Positions 58,601 through 64,000 of a DNA stretch of 64,000 bases are shown here, piece after piece (positions within the stretch are counted from its first letter, which is position 1; each line of letters starts with the position of its first letter). This stretch comes from Octopus sinensis (taxonomy: Eukaryota), in the NCBI RefSeq assembly GCF_006345805.1, contig NC_042997.1:155620001-155684000 (forward strand), written 5' to 3'. The notes beneath the pieces were generated by a model, which was given only the letters and a program-made list of their open reading frames with translations, was not told the DNA's origin and made no database searches. Both the position numbers and the translations under genes were made by a program.

Positions 58601-61600
58601 AAAAAATTCACTTTACATGCTTTTGAGCTTGGTCTCACTGCACAGTTCCTTGAACAGGAGTTTTGTACCATAGACTGAAGTGGATCAAAGTCTTGCAAGC
58701 AAAAATTCAATAGACAGAAACTACATAGAAGCCTGTTGGAGTGACTGTTCCTGTTCTGGGGTGGTACACTTACTCTGTTGTTTGGTTTACTACCAACATC
58801 CAACCCTCAAGTGCCCTTGAGCATTCGGGTGAATTCTCCAGTCTAACTCCCCTACACCTTCCACCACCAGTTTGCAAAGATTCTGTAATGAGTCAAGAGA
58901 TCTGTCCTTCTTCCTTTGATTGAGCATTTGAAAAAAAAAAAAAAGTAAAAAACTGTTACTGCATAAACATTGATTTTCTTTGTCAGTAGTTTTTTAAAAA
59001 AAAACATTAACAACACTGAATATTCCATTCAAAATATTTTCCCTGGAATGCTTGAATAATCATATTTACAATTCAACAATTTTTTTTTTTTTGTAGAATT
59101 TTATAATTTTATTTCCACTGTTACAAATTTTCAAAATAACTTCTGTATTTATATATACTTATATATTTTTATATATAATTATTGACAGCTTCTTGGCAAT
59201 AATGATTGTACAATCAAAAGCTTTTAGACTATACAAAATCTGAATTTATTGTAAAACTAGAGGGTGGGATGGTAGTTCCAGATAGGAGAAAAAAATAAAT
59301 AGCAAATTTATTATTTCACTCTATTTTTTTTCACACACTTGAAAAATATTTTCATGTTTCATATTTAAAAAAAAAAACAATCTTATCACAAATTTTTCTG
59401 ATCACTTTATATAATAACTCTTAACACATGAAATGTGAAGTAAAGAACAAATTAATTGAGCAAAGGCAGATTTAGAAATACCACACCTATTCACCATATA
59501 TTTTATCTACAGAACACAATAAACTTTCCAAGGAAAAATTAAGAAACAGATTTTTTTTAATCTCAAGTAAGTTCTCAAACATTTCATAATCACAAATAAA
59601 CCAATAAATTACAGTTGATTGGCAATAAAAATAATAGTTTTTTCAGATATCTAACGCTAATTACAAAAATGAAAATTGGTTTGTGGCAAATGAACTTCTA
59701 AAGTCTTATATGTTACTAATTTTTTTACAATAATATATTCATATTTGAAGCAGATGAATTAAAATATCAAGGGTGTCATTAGAATTGTTTGAAAATATTT
59801 GAGAACTTCGCTAAAAAAATGTCTAAACAAATATCAGTTGATTTTTTTACTTTGAAATTAGAAATTGATAAAATTAGATTCATAGTATCTGTTGCTATAA
59901 CCAACATAGTATAAACCTTGTATACTATACTTGTATAATGTGTCTGTATTACTTTTAACGCCAGACATTATGTAGATCATAAAGATAAAAAGAAAGAAGA
60001 AAGGAGTGCCACGAAAGGCTTGAACCAGATTTTTTTGTTAACGTAACGGTAACTAGGATCACATGTTCAGATTTAAAATAAACAAATTGCAAAATTTTAA
60101 ATAATTCATTAAAGCATTTTTATTGAAGAGTAATCTCCCTTGCAACAACAGGAATATTACACCTGTCAAGTATTAAAATAAATTTGAATAAATTTTCAAC
60201 TCGTATTTTGAAAACGATAAACATTTTATGAAACTATTATTCATTAGGCAAGATGTTTTATGGAATGTGACATATCAAAGTAACAGTAATGGGAGGTAAT
60301 AAGGAAATGGATCTACAGAAATTTAAATATATACATATTTCTCAATTAATCCAGTCAAAACATACCTCCACATAAAAATAATTATTAATGTAAACGTTTC
60401 TAACTTCAGCTGTTTAGAATAATCTTTTCTTCTTTTGTCATTTACTTGTTTCAGTCATTGAAACCTTCAAAGATTAAGTGAAAAAATTGACTCAAGAACT
60501 AATTTTTAAGTTTGGTATTAATTCCATCAGTGTGCTATGTTACAGGGATGTAAATAAACCAACACTGGCTGTCAAGCAGTGGTGGGGAATGAACACAAAC
60601 ACACACGTATATGACATGCTTCCATGCAGTCTCTCTATCTACTAAATCCACTCACAATGCAATGGTTGGCCCAGAATTATAGTAGAAGACATTTGCCCAA
60701 GGTGCAGCAGAGCAGGACTGAATCCAAAGGCATGTCTTATCCACAGAGCCATGCCTGCACCTATAATAATGATAATACTTTCTTCAAAGACTACATGACC
60801 TGAAATTTTGGTGAACTAGAACTTATTTCATCAATCCAAAAAAAGAACGGGTACTTATTCCATCAACTCCAAAAGGATGAAAGATAATTCCTCAGCGGAA
60901 TTTGAGCTCAGACTGTAAGAACGGACAAAATGCTGCTAAGCATTTCACCCAGCATGCTAACAATTCTGCCAGCTTGCCGCCTTACTAATAATAAAAATAA
61001 TAATCCTTTCTGCTATAGGCACAAGGCCTGAAAATTTGGGGGAGGGGGCTGGTCAATTACATTGACTCCAGTACTCAACTGGTACTTATATTATCGACCC
61101 TGAAAGAATGAAAGGTAATGTTGACCTCAGTGGAGTTTGAACTCCAAACAAAATACTACTAAGCATTTCATCCAATGTACTAACAATTCTGCCAGCTTGC
61201 CATCTTACTAATAATAATGATAATAATAATAATCCTTTCTACTGGAGGCACAAAGCCTCAAATTTGGGGGAAGGGGAGTAGTCGATTACATCAACCTCAA
61301 TGTTTCACTGGTACTTAATTTATCGACCCCGAAAGGACGAAAGGCAAAGTCGACGTTGGCGGAATTTGAACTCAGAACATAGTGACAGGTGAAATACAGC
61401 TAGACATTTCGTCCAGCGCGTTAACGATTCTGGCAGCTTAATAATAATAATAATAAAAATTACAATATACTATGTCATATATTGAAACATATTTACAACA
61501 TCGATTGTTCTCAGTTTTGTGGAGCCCCAAATATTTTTACTGGACAGGAAAGATTATAATTATTAGAATCAAAAATTTAAGTTTGTTGACAATTACTATT

Positions 61601-61725
61601 GGAAAAAAAATATTCAACAAACAAAATACAAAATTCAAAAATTGTTGCAACAGTTGTCACACAGATTTCGGTGGGAAAACTATAGTGAATATAGTAGAGA
61701 GAGAAAAAATCAGAAATAACTGACA

Positions 61726-61955
61726 TCGATTTCGGGCACGGTAGCGCGGCGGAGCTGCGGGCGCAGGCCTGGCGTAGGCAGCCCCTACTTATACTGGCCG
61801 CAGTTGTCATCTTTCGGGAATTTACGGGACGGACCACGTCGCCGTATCGAGCGCCTGCATCTCGCGACATCGGTCGCGGCTACGTCCACACGTACGTGGG
61901 CGATACCGCGCGCTTAGGTTCGTTCTTTCGATCTCGGGCACGGTAGCGCGGTGGA
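61726..61955. repeat. Isolated GC/CpG-rich 202-bp unit with 28-nt terminal direct repeat
   Basis: tcgat(t/c)tcgggcacggtagcgcgg(c/t)gga at 61726-61753 and 61928-61955, within very AT-rich flanks. Confidence 0.9.
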
Positions 61956-64000
61956 ATTTTTTATCAACCTCAGTAAAACGAAAAAACAAAGCTGACCGCA
62001 GAAATACCTTAACTCAAAACATATGGCTTCTCAATCTTCTAGATACAGTAATTAACTTACCCTCAATTCACAGCTTACCATCTCAAAGAAACAAAATAAA
62101 AAGTGAGAGACAGACAGATAGAGAATCAGCAGTAAACAGAGAACAATGTAGTTCTGAGAGAATAAACAAAATGGTCAAGTACGGAACTCCTTTGATGACT
62201 CAATCGTTTAATCCTTTTGCATTCAGATTAGCGTCAAATGTAATGCATATTTATTCACATTCTTTTGAATTAACCTTGCAATATCTTGTAACTTCAAGAT
62301 TTTGATGAAGTGATCATTTAATTTTTAGAATGACATTTTGAAATGACATTCTGAGAGACCAGATATGACCAGTTTCGAGCATAAAAATAAAGAATATTTG
62401 GACCAGATATGGTTTCGGGTGAAATACTGAAGAGTTAAACCTAGATTTAAACAAATTCAACTCAATAAAATGAGAACAAATATAGTAAATCTTTGTAATT
62501 TCAAAAGCAAAACACTGCAGTTGCCAAACATGTTTACAAATAAATTGGCATCAATTTTCATACACCAAAAAAAAAAGAACCTTAAACACTAATACTGGCA
62601 AAATAGTCACAATGTGTATGTATATATATATATATGAGACATCATATTGATGAATACATTGCTTTGCAGAAATCATTCCAAGTCCAACAAAGATCAAATT
62701 TGCCTTTCATCCTTTTGAGCACTGGGATAAATTCTTTCCTTTCTTCAACACCTAACAGTGCTTTTGTTTCCCCTCTTCTGTAAAAAAAATCAGCTATAAT
62801 GGAGCGGGATAAATTCGGCCAGATCTTAAAAATGCCCAAGACACTTTATGTCACAACATCACTCCTATAACACCATTCAGGAGTTTGAGAGCCCAAGGCA
62901 TATCCATATGTGAGCATGTGTGTACATTGTACATGCATTTATTTTTATATGCATGTGTGTGTATTTATATATATATATATATATATACATACACATACAT
63001 ATACATAAATATATATATATGTATATACATACATATATATTAACACACGCACATATATATAAATAAAGGATTACAGCTGACATAATATAATATAATAATT
63101 AGATAAAACAAATATATTTCCTACATCTTGTTTTGATTCATATCCACTAGTGAATGAATACAAAAAATTCACATTTATGTAAATAAAACTATTGGCTTAC
63201 TTTATTTTCTTCTGTAAAACTAGGTAAAATTTTGATAATTTATTTATTTATATATTATTATCATTTTTATGTAAAAAATAGTATAGTTTATAATAATTGT
63301 AACTTTATACATACATTTAACATCAGTGTATTTAGGAGAAACATTTGAATTAATGAATCGTTGATTAAAAGTTTTTTTTTAATGAATTTTGTGTGTAAAT
63401 AAAATATGCACTTATTTATTTTTTTTGATAATTGTATACAGAAATTGAAAATATATTTCCTACTCCACCTTACTTTTTCCAAAGGCTGAAACAGTTGTAA
63501 GTGATTTTAATGATTTCAATAATCTATATTAAGGTTTTTTAAATTGTATTCTTATCTTATATGTATTGAATTTTAATGTATATATGTATGTTATTATGGT
63601 TCTCGTTTTCTTAGATAAATAAGATAAATTTTAATATCCTGAAGCTGATAAACCAACTAAATTGTTTCTCCATTCTCTTATATGTAATATGAATTAATGG
63701 TAAAATACTTTTTTACCTTCACCCATTTAATACAATAAGTTAATTGCATTGAAATTAAAAACACTTGTGTATTAATAATTTGGGTATTATACCAACAGTA
63801 TATTGGATAAGCATTATCCCTTAGTGGGTTGGATCCACAACCCCTAACTTACTTGGTGTTATATATATATATATATATACACACATATATATAAACATAT
63901 ATACATGCACACATACACACACATATATATATACAAGTATATACATATAGATATACAGATAAATTACATATATAAATATATATATACTCATACCATACAT

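Noticed and set aside
58790-58927. Minus-strand MLNQRKKDRSLDSLQNLCKLVV resembling a SOCS box
   Set aside because: The frame stops after 45 codons, the rest of the SOCS-box motif is absent, and the resemblance is likely chance.

Overview
AT-rich, microsatellite-dense animal genomic DNA. The repeat landscape resembles an octopus/cephalopod genome, which is an inference and not database-checked. There are no prokaryotic features such as CRISPR arrays or operons. Most of the window is transposon debris: RTE-clade LINEs, including one near-complete copy at ~9.3-13.3 kb and many 3'-tail fragments; CR1 LINEs; restriction-like-endonuclease LINEs (CRE-like, R4/Dong-like); a Penelope-like element; a Gypsy integrase remnant; a probable solo LTR; Tc1/mariner relics; hAT, piggyBac and pogo-type MITEs; Helentron-type non-autonomous elements; and several tRNA-derived SINE families. 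There is a 100-N assembly gap at 39550-39649. One host gene is well supported on the + strand: a transmembrane-segment exon (53416-53564) splices in frame to a terminal exon (55502-55695), and I do not recognise the protein. The most notable oddities are: (1) a 482-bp unit arranged tandem-plus-inverted into a ~1-kb palindrome that breaks at a hairpin-CTAG motif; (2) an intact minimal hammerhead ribozyme back-to-back with a tRNA-like head, plus decayed relatives; (3) a PHD finger inserted inside an RTE reverse transcriptase; (4) an RTE ending in three C2H2 fingers and bracketed by a perfect 32-bp inverted repeat; (5) an isolated GC-rich 202-bp unit with terminal direct repeats. Most short ORFs in the supplied track are microsatellite or antisense artefacts.
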